Source: Desulfatiglandales bacterium
Lineage (GTDB): Bacteria > Desulfobacterota > DSM-4660 > Desulfatiglandales > Desulfatiglandaceae
Direction of reading: 5' to 3'
Assembly (NCBI GenBank): GCA_963662465.1
Contig: OY759599.1
Span: 3,424,001-3,488,000, forward strand
Length of the DNA: 64,000 nucleotides
This document shows positions 9,952 through 18,898 of this stretch, one piece after another; positions within the stretch are counted from its first letter, which is position 1, and every line of letters starts with the position of its first letter. Under the pieces are notes generated by a model, which made no database searches, was not told the DNA's origin, and worked only from the letters and a program-made list of their open reading frames with translations. A program made the position numbers and the translations under genes.

Positions 9952-10710
9952 TGAACTGCTCCTTCGCAGGCATCGTCCTTACGCAGTGAAGACGATGCCA
10001 TGAGAAAAAATGAATTCCTGTCCTGGTCATTTCCGATAATCGCGACCAGGTCTTCAGGCTCCAAAACAAAGTCGGCATCGGGATTGGCTTTTAAGACGCC
10101 TTCCCGGACAACGCCGACGATGGATACCCCCGTTTTTTTGCGTATTTCGCTCTTGTCGATCGTCCCATGGGCCATGGGACTTTCCTGCGCCAAACGGACC
10201 CATTGCAAATCGAATTGTTGCTCGGCGCCTCGGAGTTGGGACAATAAGCGATACTTGTCATTGTTATTAAGCAAAGCGGCATAGCGTTCCTGTCGAATGG
10301 TATCCGTGTGGCGTTGGACTTCCGTCGGCGGAACCCTCAAATGGAGAAGGGCCTGTCGCGTCATTTCGAGGCCCGCCTCGAATTCCGGAAGAACGATTTG
10401 CGCCACCCCCAGATCTTTAAAAACATCGAAATAATCCGGGCCGGATGCTCGTGCAATTATTTCGAGCCTCTCATTTAGCCGTTTCGACTGAACCAGGGTC
10501 GATTTGGCAGCCACAACCCCGGGGATGGTTAAGATCAGAAGGGTCGCATCTTTGATTCCTGCCGCTTCAAGAACAATTTCCTGGCCGGCATCGCCATATA
10601 CAATAGCCAAACCAGCCGCCTTGGCTTGTTCAAAGCGCCGGTGGTCAAGCTCTATAATTACAAATGGCATACCGACCCGCTTCATGACCGTTGCTATCTG
10701 AAAACCCAAC
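9948..10710 (-). pseudogene. 3' half of an IS-interrupted CPA2/Kef-type cation:proton antiporter (TrkA-N and TrkA-C/RCK domains)
   Basis: IVYGDA...LEAAGI (RCK-N) and IRKKTGVSIVGV...NPDADFVL (TrkA-C); rejoins the 15436..16678 part in frame as GGGRLGFQIA once the IS is removed. Confidence 0.88.
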
Positions 10711-10961
10711 CTTCAACGCTAATCAAAACTGAACCAAGTTTGCTAATGGAAATTGAACCATTGGCTGTCACCGCCGGTGAGTACGGCCCTCAGGTATAGC
10801 GGACGATGAGGGATCCATAAGTGGCGGCAAAGGAGTCGTTGATGTAGATTTACTTTTCAATAAATTTTTATAAAATCTATTTTCTTTGGATTTGGTTTTC
10901 TTCTTCCAAGACAGAGGCTTGGTTAAGTGGAAATGCGATTTACTTTGTAGAATGGATGGTG

Positions 10962-10996
10962 AAGGCCCGAAGTAGCCGCTTCGGGCCTTCTTTTTT
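10962..10996 (+). terminator. Intrinsic terminator inside the IS21 leader
   Basis: AAGGCCCGAAG-TAGCCG-CTTCGGGCCTT then CTTTTTT; conserved in the second copy at ~34642-34675. Confidence 0.7.
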
Positions 10997-11072
10997 GACC
11001 ACCGGATAGAGCCGGAAGCCACACACACGCCAATTTTATATAAGTGTGTTTCCGGCCAATTGCAAGGCTGGA

Positions 11073-11489
11073 ATGATGGGAGATGTCCTTTTAAGAGTGG
11101 TTCAATGCCGATGTTGTGGTTGCTTTTTTCACGTCTGTCGGTCGTGTTGGCGTGGCCAGGCCTATTGTGGGGAACGATGTCGCAGGATACGCCAAAGACA
11201 GCTGCACCGGAAAGCTCAGGGGAAATACCGCAATTCGAAAAAAGGGAAAGAGCGCCGTCGTTTGTACGAAAAAACAAAAAAATCCAAAAAAAATGGACTG
11301 AACCCTGGTGATGATAGTTCAACACCTCAAAAAGACTGTGATATTGAACCCAAAAAGCGGTCGGGGAACCGACCCAGCTGTCTTTTTTGCGGGTCGATCG
11401 GGGTTGTTGTGGACCATTTTCCTCGCCGTGCTTATGCAGGGAGGGTTTTTTCAGATGTAACAGGCTTTGAGAAAACCCCATATCCATGA
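11073..11489 (+). CDS. Cys-rich basic hypothetical protein (putative zinc-binding), IS passenger
   Basis: CRCC..CRSC..YCGERC cluster, basic helix, C-terminal CLFC; first ORF of the element operon. Confidence 0.65.
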   Translation: MMGDVLLRVVQCRCCGCFFHVCRSCWRGQAYCGERCRRIRQRQLHRKAQGKYRNSKKGKERRRLYEKTKKSKKNGLNPGDDSSTPQKDCDIEPKKRSGNRPSCLFCGSIGVVVDHFPRRAYAGRVFSDVTGFEKTPYP

Positions 11490-11501
11490 CAGGAGAAAAA
11501 A

Positions 11502-11921
11502 ATGATCAAAAAAAGAGTCCTTTTTCCCGAAAGAGTGCGTGTCATCAATGGAAGCTTCGGCTTTCTGGAGCATCGTTTTTTGAGAAACGGCTTTTGGGAG
11601 AGCCTGAATCATCATGAGCTGCTGCTCTACATTTTTCTGGTGTTGGTATCTGACAAAAACGGGCTCTCTTATTATGGTTACGACAGAATCTGCCGGATTT
11701 TAAAGGTGCATTTGGATCAATATATCGATGCCCGCGATGGCTTGTTGGACAAGGATCTGATTGGGTTTGATGGCCGTCTGTTTCAGGTTCTTTCGCTTCC
11801 CAGACGTCCTGTGATTGTGAAACAGGTAAAGGAGATCCGGCAAGGAAATTGGGTCAGTCTTGGAGAAACCATAGAGGAAATCTTTCGGGAGACTGGGTAT
11901 GGAATCCATCCGAACCGTTGA
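11502..11921 (+). CDS. Hypothetical protein with a possible winged-HTH (replication-initiator N-terminal-like), IS passenger
   Basis: AGGAG RBS; LNHHELLLYIFL...GLSYYGYDRICRIL...ARDGLLDKDLI pattern resembles a wHTH. Confidence 0.7.
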   Translation: MIKKRVLFPERVRVINGSFGFLEHRFLRNGFWESLNHHELLLYIFLVLVSDKNGLSYYGYDRICRILKVHLDQYIDARDGLLDKDLIGFDGRLFQVLSLPRRPVIVKQVKEIRQGNWVSLGETIEEIFRETGYGIHPNR

Positions 11922-12783
11922 TATTCATTTGCTGGAGTTGCGTTACGCTCATTGCCGGATAATGAATCACCAGGCTTTAAAGCGATTGAGGGATTCCATC
12001 GAAACTTACGGGCAGATCGTTCCGGCCCTGGCTATTGAAGAAAAAGACAAACTGATTCTGATTGATGGCTACCTGCGTGTTCGAGCGCTTTGTGCTTGTG
12101 GAAAGGACCGGATATGTGTCCAATTCTCAAAAGAAAACGAACAAAATGCCATGTTTTCGCTTTTAACCAAGGCCAATGAACGGCAATGGGAAGTCATTGA
12201 GCAGTCTGTTTTACTTCAGGAATTACATCGGCGTTTTGGGTGCAGCCTCTCCCATATTGCAACCCGAATAGGGCGCGACAAGAGTTTTGTAAAACGGCGG
12301 CTGGACCTGGTTGAAGCCCTGCCGGAAAATATTTTGAGAACCGTGATTGCAGGCTCACTTTCAACCTGGGCTGCCAGCCGTGTCATGGCGCCGTTGGCGC
12401 GCGCCAACGGTGAAGACGCACAAAAACTGTTGGCCCACCTGGAAAAAGAACCTCTATCCACAAGGGAACTGGCCCGTTTCTACGCACATTACCAGAAAAG
12501 CAACCGGTCTGTTCGAGACCACATGCTGGAAAATCCATCCCTTTTCATAAAAGTTCTCGAACAAAGAACCCAGTCTAAACAAGCCAAAGAAGTTCATGAT
12601 GGACCGGAAGGCAAATGGTTCAAGGATATTGAAATGGTATATGCGGTTCTCAAACGTCTGGTGAAAACCGTTTCGCATGTCCATTACCCAAAAAGCGATC
12701 AGTTGAAGAAACAAACGCTCAAAACCTGGGTGAAAAAGATAGAAAAACAAGCACTGGAACTCAAGAAAGCGACCCAATTATGA
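11899..12783 (+). CDS. ParB/RepB/Spo0J-family domain protein, IS passenger
   Basis: LRDSIETYGQIVP and LIDGYLRVRA (ParB N-domain) followed by an HTH (SLSHIATRIGRDKSFVKRRL); overlaps the istA start. Confidence 0.85.
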   Translation: MESIRTVDIHLLELRYAHCRIMNHQALKRLRDSIETYGQIVPALAIEEKDKLILIDGYLRVRALCACGKDRICVQFSKENEQNAMFSLLTKANERQWEVIEQSVLLQELHRRFGCSLSHIATRIGRDKSFVKRRLDLVEALPENILRTVIAGSLSTWAASRVMAPLARANGEDAQKLLAHLEKEPLSTRELARFYAHYQKSNRSVRDHMLENPSLFIKVLEQRTQSKQAKEVHDGPEGKWFKDIEMVYAVLKRLVKTVSHVHYPKSDQLKKQTLKTWVKKIEKQALELKKATQL

Positions 12784-14162
12784 TCCGACAATCCAAAAAA
12801 GATGCCATTGTGGAATTGAAAAAAACCGGCATGAGTTTGCGCGACATCGCCAAAACCCTGAAGGCCGGTCGCAATACCGTCACGAAGGTTTTAGATGATC
12901 ATGACGAAGAGGCGGTACCCCAAAGGAACTCCCGGTATGAAGAACATGTCCCGTTGATCCGCGAGCTTTTCAAGGAATGTAAAGGAAATGCCGTGCGAGT
13001 AGCCGAGGAACTGGAAAGCCGCCAACAGATCAAAATCCCTTATCAGAGTCTGACCTGGATTATGAGAAAGTACGAGATCCGGGAACGTAAAAAAAGACGG
13101 GCGGGCCAATACCATTTTAAACCCGGTCAGGAGATGCAGCATGATACGTCACCCCATCTGGTTGTCATTAATGGGAAAAAAATGTCGACCCAGTGCGCGT
13201 CCCTGACCCTGGCCTTTTGCCGAAGGATTTTTATTCAGTATTACCCCTGTTTTACCCGGTTTGAGTGCAAGGTTTTCCTAAAAAAAGCATTCGAGTTTAT
13301 GGACGGGGTGTGTTCCCGGTGCATGGTTGACAACACCAATGTTATTGTGGCCGGCGGCACCGGGCCTGATGCATTGATTGCGCCTGAAATGAAATACTTC
13401 GGCGATATGTATGGAACCCGGTTTGAGGCCCATGCTGTAGGAGACGCCAATCGAAGTGCCCGTGTGGAAAGGCCTTTTCATTTTGTGGAAAACAATTTTC
13501 TTCCCGGTAGAACATTTGTTAGCTGGCAGGATTTGAACCGGCAGGCAATCGACTGGTGCCGGAATACAAGCGATAAAAAGTTTAAACGGGCTTTAGGGAT
13601 GACGCCGGATGAGGCCTATGTCATTGAAAAGCCATATCTCATTGATTTACCGGCATACCAGCCGCCAGTCTATGTGGCAGAACACAGGGTAGCCGATGTT
13701 CAGGGATATGTGCACTTGGACACCAACCGCTATTCAGTCCCTGAAGCGCTGATTGGGAACTCCCTGGAAGTACAGAAACATTGGCTCAAGGTCATCGTTT
13801 ACGACAAAAACACAAAAGTGGCGGAACATGACCGCATACTGGATAAACGCAACACCCGAACAACCCTGCCCGGTCACCATGTTCCCATTCGAAGAAAAAA
13901 AGATCCCCGAATCCCTTCAAAAGAAGAACAGCTGTTGACGGGAGAGGATGCCATCCTGGATGAGTATGTGGCTGAACTGAAGAAAAGAAGTCACGGTCGC
14001 GGTGTGGTCAAGTTACGTCGGTTGCTTCATCTGAAACGCACTTATCCCGGGGAACCTTTTTTGAAAGCCATAACACAGGCGCTTAAATATGGACTTTTTG
14101 ATTTGTCGCGTCTGGAAAACATTATTCTCGATTATATCGCGGGAGACTTTTTTGATCTATGA
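12780..14162 (+). CDS. istA: IS21-family DDE transposase IstA
   Basis: N-terminal HTH, PGQEMQHD / VDN / RVER DDE triad, and the C-terminal VHLDTNRYSVP Mu-transposase-like motif. Confidence 0.92.
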   Translation: MIRQSKKDAIVELKKTGMSLRDIAKTLKAGRNTVTKVLDDHDEEAVPQRNSRYEEHVPLIRELFKECKGNAVRVAEELESRQQIKIPYQSLTWIMRKYEIRERKKRRAGQYHFKPGQEMQHDTSPHLVVINGKKMSTQCASLTLAFCRRIFIQYYPCFTRFECKVFLKKAFEFMDGVCSRCMVDNTNVIVAGGTGPDALIAPEMKYFGDMYGTRFEAHAVGDANRSARVERPFHFVENNFLPGRTFVSWQDLNRQAIDWCRNTSDKKFKRALGMTPDEAYVIEKPYLIDLPAYQPPVYVAEHRVADVQGYVHLDTNRYSVPEALIGNSLEVQKHWLKVIVYDKNTKVAEHDRILDKRNTRTTLPGHHVPIRRKKDPRIPSKEEQLLTGEDAILDEYVAELKKRSHGRGVVKLRRLLHLKRTYPGEPFLKAITQALKYGLFDLSRLENIILDYIAGDFFDL

Positions 14163-14878
14163 AAAAGAAAATTGAACAGTTACTCATTGATTTGAAGTTT
14201 AAAGGCATGCTGAAGGCTCTCGAAGAACAGTTGGCTTCGGCTGAAAAGAACGGTTTTTCCATTCACGAGGTCATCTACAATCTCCTGGCTGAGGAATTAC
14301 GTTTCCGGCAGGAGCGCAGCATGATCTATCGGGTCCAGATTGCAAAGCTTCCATGGGAATGGACCCTCAACTCCTTTCCGTTTGATCTTCAGCCGGGAAT
14401 ACAGAAGAGCCGGATCATGACGTTGTCCGGCCTTGACTTTATCAGCCGAAGAGAAAACATCGTGTTCCATGGAAAAACCGGCGTCGGCAAAACGGGATTG
14501 GCCGTGGGGATCCTTCGTCAAGCCATTATTGCCGGGTACCGGGGGCGTTTTTATAATGTTCAGGATTTGCTGGATCAGCTCTATGCGTCTTTGGCAGATC
14601 GGTCCACCCCGAAACTCCTCAATGCCCTTTGCAGATATGACCTGCTTCTGCTCGATGAACTGGGATACCTGACCCTCAAAAAAGAGCAGATGAACGCCTT
14701 TTTTAAACTCATGAAAGATCGCTATGAAGCCGGTCGGTCCACAATTATTACGACCAATCTTCAACCTGAACAATGGTATTCGCTGCTTGAACCAAAGGAC
14801 ATGGTCGATGCCTTGCTGGATCGTCTCAACCATCGCTGCATCAACATTCATATTGATGGTCCTTCCCTCAGAAAATGA
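14159..14878 (+). CDS. istB: IS21-family helper AAA+ ATPase IstB
   Basis: Walker A GKTGVGKT, Walker B LLLLDELGY, STIITTN and ALLDRLNH. Confidence 0.94.
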   Translation: MKKKIEQLLIDLKFKGMLKALEEQLASAEKNGFSIHEVIYNLLAEELRFRQERSMIYRVQIAKLPWEWTLNSFPFDLQPGIQKSRIMTLSGLDFISRRENIVFHGKTGVGKTGLAVGILRQAIIAGYRGRFYNVQDLLDQLYASLADRSTPKLLNALCRYDLLLLDELGYLTLKKEQMNAFFKLMKDRYEAGRSTIITTNLQPEQWYSLLEPKDMVDALLDRLNHRCINIHIDGPSLRK

Positions 14879-14976
14879 GATGTTCGCCAAAGGGCCGGTT
14901 TTGAGGTCTGAATATCACCGGTCTGTTTGAATCTCGTTACACGAATATCAGAAATTACCTTGTCTTGGAGCTTGAA

Positions 14977-15174
14977 ATGAGAGGTGGAAAACGGGTAGGC
15001 GCCGGCCGAAGAAAGAAACCGGAACATTTGAGACGTGAACTGCTCACCATTCGTCTCCCCAAATGGATGATTCTACAGCTGAAAAAAAACGGGGAAATTG
15101 GATATTTGATTGAGGATCAATTGGCGAAGGGAGGCCTCCTGAATTTACCGGACGACTATGACATAGACAAATAG
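14977..15174 (+). CDS. Small basic protein (RGG-R-GAGR motif; possibly RHH-like DNA-binding), IS passenger
   Basis: GGAG RBS; MRGGKRVGAGRRKKP...LTIRLPKW. Confidence 0.6.
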   Translation: MRGGKRVGAGRRKKPEHLRRELLTIRLPKWMILQLKKNGEIGYLIEDQLAKGGLLNLPDDYDIDK

Positions 15175-15435
15175 TTCCTCAATAAGCATTGCCCTTAACC
15201 GAAAAATCTAATCCCCTCTTCTCTGCCATCACCATATTGATGGTATCCTCATCACTGATTCTTCAACCAGAACGCTACGTGTCTCACCAGCATTTTTAAA
15301 ATACCATCTGATATACTCTTTCATGCAACCTCTAACAAATTTACAAGAAAACCCTTCTAAAAGGAAAAGACCAGTGCGCAATATCTGGTTCCGTTTGGAG
15401 TAGCAAAACTGGTTCCATTTTGGTTAGCGCCCAAG

Positions 15436-16678
15436 AACCCAACCGACCGCCGCCGGCAATAACGGCATGGTTCTTAAGCCCGGTGTCGGGTATGCTTGAC
15501 GACTCAAGCGGTTCATGACGAAACCAACGCTTTTTCAATGCATACAGCCGCGCAGTCTGGCCTGAAACCAATGGGGTCAGCACCATCGTCAAGACGGTAG
15601 TGGTCAGTATCAAAGCGTAGAGATCGTTGTTTATCGAATGGGTCGATAGCCCCAGGCGCGCCAACACGAACGAAAACTCGCCAATCTGAAACAGACCCAG
15701 CCCAACGGCCAGCGGGATCACGTTGCCGTATCTGAAAATCCGAACGATGACCGCGAAAATGATGCCCTTGCCGATACCGACGGCCAGCACCAGGGCAATC
15801 ACCTGCCCGAAATGATCCACCAGAAAAACCGGGTCCAAGAGCATGCCGACCGAGGTGAAAAACAACAGCCCAAAAAGATCACGAAGGGGAATGATATCGC
15901 TCAGGGCTTGATAGCCATAGTCGGATTCGCTTAGCACCATGCCGGCGACAAACGCACCAAAGGCAAAGGAAAGCCCCAGCATGTGCGTAACATACCCTAT
16001 GCCCAAACCGATGGCGGTGATGGCAAGCAAGAAGAGTTCCCGCGAACCCAGGTTGGCGATATGCGTCATCAGTCGCGGCAAAAGCCGGGTGCCCAGCAAG
16101 ATCATTCCCGCGATAAAACCAGCCGCTTTTACCGCGGCGAAACCGATGGCAGGCAAACCTACCGCCGGGTTGTTCAGTTGAGGGAGGATAATCATCATGG
16201 GGATCACAGCCAGATCCTGAACGATGAGCATTCCAATCATCACCTTGCTGGAAAGGGCGCCTAACCAGCCCTGGTTCATCAGCGTCTTGAGGATCACCAT
16301 GGTGCTCGAAAGGGAAATAAGGGCCCCGAGCCACAGTGACGCTTTCCAATCCCATCCCATCAAGTGCCCGATACATAAACCAAAACCAATGGTAAGGGTC
16401 ATCTGGATAGGCGTACCGATCAAAGCCGCCTTTTTTACCGGTTTGAGATCTTTGAGGGAAAACTCAAGCCCCAGCGCGAACAGAAGCAGGGCCACGCCTA
16501 TCTCGGCAAGCAATTCGATTTCGTGAATGTTGGAAACCGTAAGCCCCCCGGTATGGGGTCCCAAAATGACCCCTGCCGCGATATAACCCAGGATTAGCGG
16601 CTGGCCGAGTCGCTGCATAATCATGCCGCAAAAAAATGCCGCAACGATAAGAAGTATGATGTCGGTCGCAATACCCAT
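15436..16678 (-). pseudogene. 5' half of an IS-interrupted CPA2/Kef-type (YbaL/RosB-like) antiporter
   Basis: [41 protein letters not shown] and [10 protein letters not shown] motifs; ends at the IS junction within the GxGxxG motif. Confidence 0.9.
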
Positions 16679-16846
16679 TTTACCGCATCCCATGCCTTGG
16701 GCAAAATTCATTTAAGATGTCGGCATCGGCGGGCAACATATAACACGTTGGCTGCTCCATGCATGCCTTCACCCTGGAATATTTGTCGTTATTCCTTCAC
16801 GGCAGTAACGCATCCCGTTATGCGTTAAGTACCAATGTAAAATCAA

Positions 16847-16863
16847 AGCAAAATGAATGCCAA
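16847..16863 (-). promoter_or_regulatory. Sigma54 -24/-12 promoter of the antiporter operon
   Basis: TTGGCATTCATTTTGCT = GG-N10-GC; adjacent to a sigma54 activator gene; palindrome GGGCGA-CA-TCGCCC at 17011..17024 is a candidate enhancer. Confidence 0.75.
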
Positions 16864-17045
16864 ACCCGATGGGGTTACATAACAACCGGATATGTATGGA
16901 AAACAAAGCTGAAGGGGGGGGGAGGGCAAAAAAATGCCGACGCGAAAAGATCGCCCACCCAAATTAATGAAAAACGATATAAGCTTCTGAATTATAAGGA
17001 TTGTTAAATTGGGCGACATCGCCCGCCGGCGGGCGCTTCCGGCAC

Positions 17046-18848
17046 TTAAGGGGATGTCATCTTCCGGAAAAGTGCTCGTCGGGATATGCCCAATAGCGTA
17101 GCGGCCCGGGTTCTGTTGCCATCCGCCTGATGCAGGGCTTTTGCAATGAGGGATTTTTCCAATTGTTGGACGGCTTCACGCAGGTTAGTGGTTGTTGTGA
17201 TCGGCGCCGTTTTCGATTGGGAACCCGATACGAGAAAATCAACGTGGCCCAAGGTTACGTAGCGTTGCAATACATTGCGGAGTTCGCGCACATTACCCGG
17301 CCAATCATACGCCATCAGAATATCCAATGTGCGACCGGGGACCTTGTTCATTCCGGAAGGCGCTTTCATGTTGCGTAAGAAATGTTCTATCAACAAGACA
17401 ATGTCCTGTTTACGATCACGCAATGGCGGCAACTGAATTTCTATCACCTGGATGCGGTAAAAAAAATCCTTGCGCATTTGACCGTTCGCGACTTTGTCGC
17501 CTAAAAGGGCATTTGATGCCGATATTATACGAAAATCCGTTGAGATGGCCTCTGCCCCGCCCACCGGTCGATATCCGCCACCTTCTATGGCCCGGAGCAA
17601 CTTGGCTTGCATGTTGACGGTTAACTCACCGACCTCATCAAGAAACAGGGTCCCGCCGTCAGCCGTATCCAGATAGCCTGGAGAATCGGCATGGGCGCTG
17701 GAAAATGCCCCTTTGCGGTGCCCAAAAAATTCCCTCTCAAACAACGACTCTTGAATTGCACCACAGTTCACCGCAACAAACCGCTTATTTTTTCTGTCAC
17801 TATGGTCATGTATGGCATGGGCGACCAGTTCCTTACCCGATCCGGATTCCCCGGACACGGCAACATTTGCATCCGTTGCAGCCGCTTTAAGAATGAGTTC
17901 ATAGACCGCCTGCATGGCCGGCGAACGGCCAAGGATTTCCCCAAGTCGATACCGTTCTTTCAATGAGGATCTCAGGACTCGATTTTCGTTGTGCAATTGG
18001 GCAGCCATGTGCTGGGCAGCCATCTGTTGTTCCTTTATCCGAGTTATGTCTTTGAAAGTTGACAGTAAGGCTGGGCGCCCTTTCAGGGTAATCAGGTTAT
18101 GACATACTTGTACCCATAAAATTTTATCGGATCGTATCAATTGGTGAACTTCATCAATCCTGACATCGAGGATACCATCTGCCGTGGACGCATAGAGGCT
18201 TGCGATCTCGTCCGCATTACCCCCTGGAGGGCGATGAACCAAACCATCGCACATCTCTTCCGCGGATGGAACGTTAAACACTTTGCAAAATGCTGGATTC
18301 ACATAACAAAAACGTGAATTTTGGACCAGTGCAACACCTTCGTCAACCTGTTCGGTAAGCATCCGATAGCGCTCTTCACTTTCTTTAAGGGCCTCCTCGG
18401 AACGCTTTAACCACAGCACTTTACTCAAACGTTCGCCAATGGCCCTTAAAAGGCGGTCTTCTTCTAAAAACGCGCCCTTTTCTCCAGTCGGAGGTTTCTG
18501 GATGTAATAGACCTCCACATCGCCCACATGCTGGTCGTTCAGGATGATTTTGCTATCTTGCCGCCAGGGCGTCGGATTAAAATTCTCGGAGACATATTCT
18601 TGACCATCCACCCGAATGCGTGCGCATGCATTTTCCGGATACTGCCAGGCTGTGGGAATCAATTCGACGGCACGCTGCATAATCCACGACAAGGAGACAT
18701 CCTGATTTTCAAACAGGTTGGAAATGCCGTACAAACAATTGAGTTCTTTGATACGTTCGGTAAGCGCGTTCGGGGCCGTGGAGACCCCCAGCGGTTTCAA
18801 ATAAATATTATTCCCGTTATTTTTCACAAGTTTAGCGCCCATATACAC
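17046..18848 (-). CDS. PAS-domain sigma54-dependent transcriptional activator (bEBP, Fis HTH)
   Basis: GESGSGKE, AVNCGAI, GTLFLDEVG, WPGNVREL and a C-terminal HTH; the GAFTGA loop reads GAFSSA. Confidence 0.92.
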   Translation of the reverse strand: MYMGAKLVKNNGNNIYLKPLGVSTAPNALTERIKELNCLYGISNLFENQDVSLSWIMQRAVELIPTAWQYPENACARIRVDGQEYVSENFNPTPWRQDSKIILNDQHVGDVEVYYIQKPPTGEKGAFLEEDRLLRAIGERLSKVLWLKRSEEALKESEERYRMLTEQVDEGVALVQNSRFCYVNPAFCKVFNVPSAEEMCDGLVHRPPGGNADEIASLYASTADGILDVRIDEVHQLIRSDKILWVQVCHNLITLKGRPALLSTFKDITRIKEQQMAAQHMAAQLHNENRVLRSSLKERYRLGEILGRSPAMQAVYELILKAAATDANVAVSGESGSGKELVAHAIHDHSDRKNKRFVAVNCGAIQESLFEREFFGHRKGAFSSAHADSPGYLDTADGGTLFLDEVGELTVNMQAKLLRAIEGGGYRPVGGAEAISTDFRIISASNALLGDKVANGQMRKDFFYRIQVIEIQLPPLRDRKQDIVLLIEHFLRNMKAPSGMNKVPGRTLDILMAYDWPGNVRELRNVLQRYVTLGHVDFLVSGSQSKTAPITTTTNLREAVQQLEKSLIAKALHQADGNRTRAATLLGISRRALFRKMTSP

Positions 18849-18898
18849 TGTTTTTTCGTATCTTTTGGTGTTATGTCCGACTTATTACAGGACGTCGA

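Larger units (their letters stand above)
10711..15435 (+). mobile_element. 4725-bp IS21-family element with passenger genes; 8-bp target duplication AACCCAAC (10703..10710 and 15436..15443)
   Basis: Imperfect terminal IRs CTTCAACGCTAATCAAAACTGAACCA / CTTGGGCGCTAACCAAAATGGAACCA, each with two 19-bp sub-repeats (10718-36, 10742-60; 15386-404, 15410-28); istA-istB; TSD; interrupted host gene. Confidence 0.92.

Noticed and set aside
10885..10903. Leader segment whose reverse complement (GAAAACCAAATC) resembles the IS target site (GAAAACCCAACC), hinting at RNA-guided targeting
   Set aside because: Short, low-complexity and imperfect, and a similar sequence is present in the second copy; not distinguishable from chance without more insertions
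10768..11487. 239-aa minus-strand ORF over the IS leader (shares KKKARSGYFGP with ORF 34556..34765)
   Set aside because: The shared peptide merely reflects the terminator hairpin; the frame and stop are not conserved between copies, and it overlaps a better plus-strand ORF
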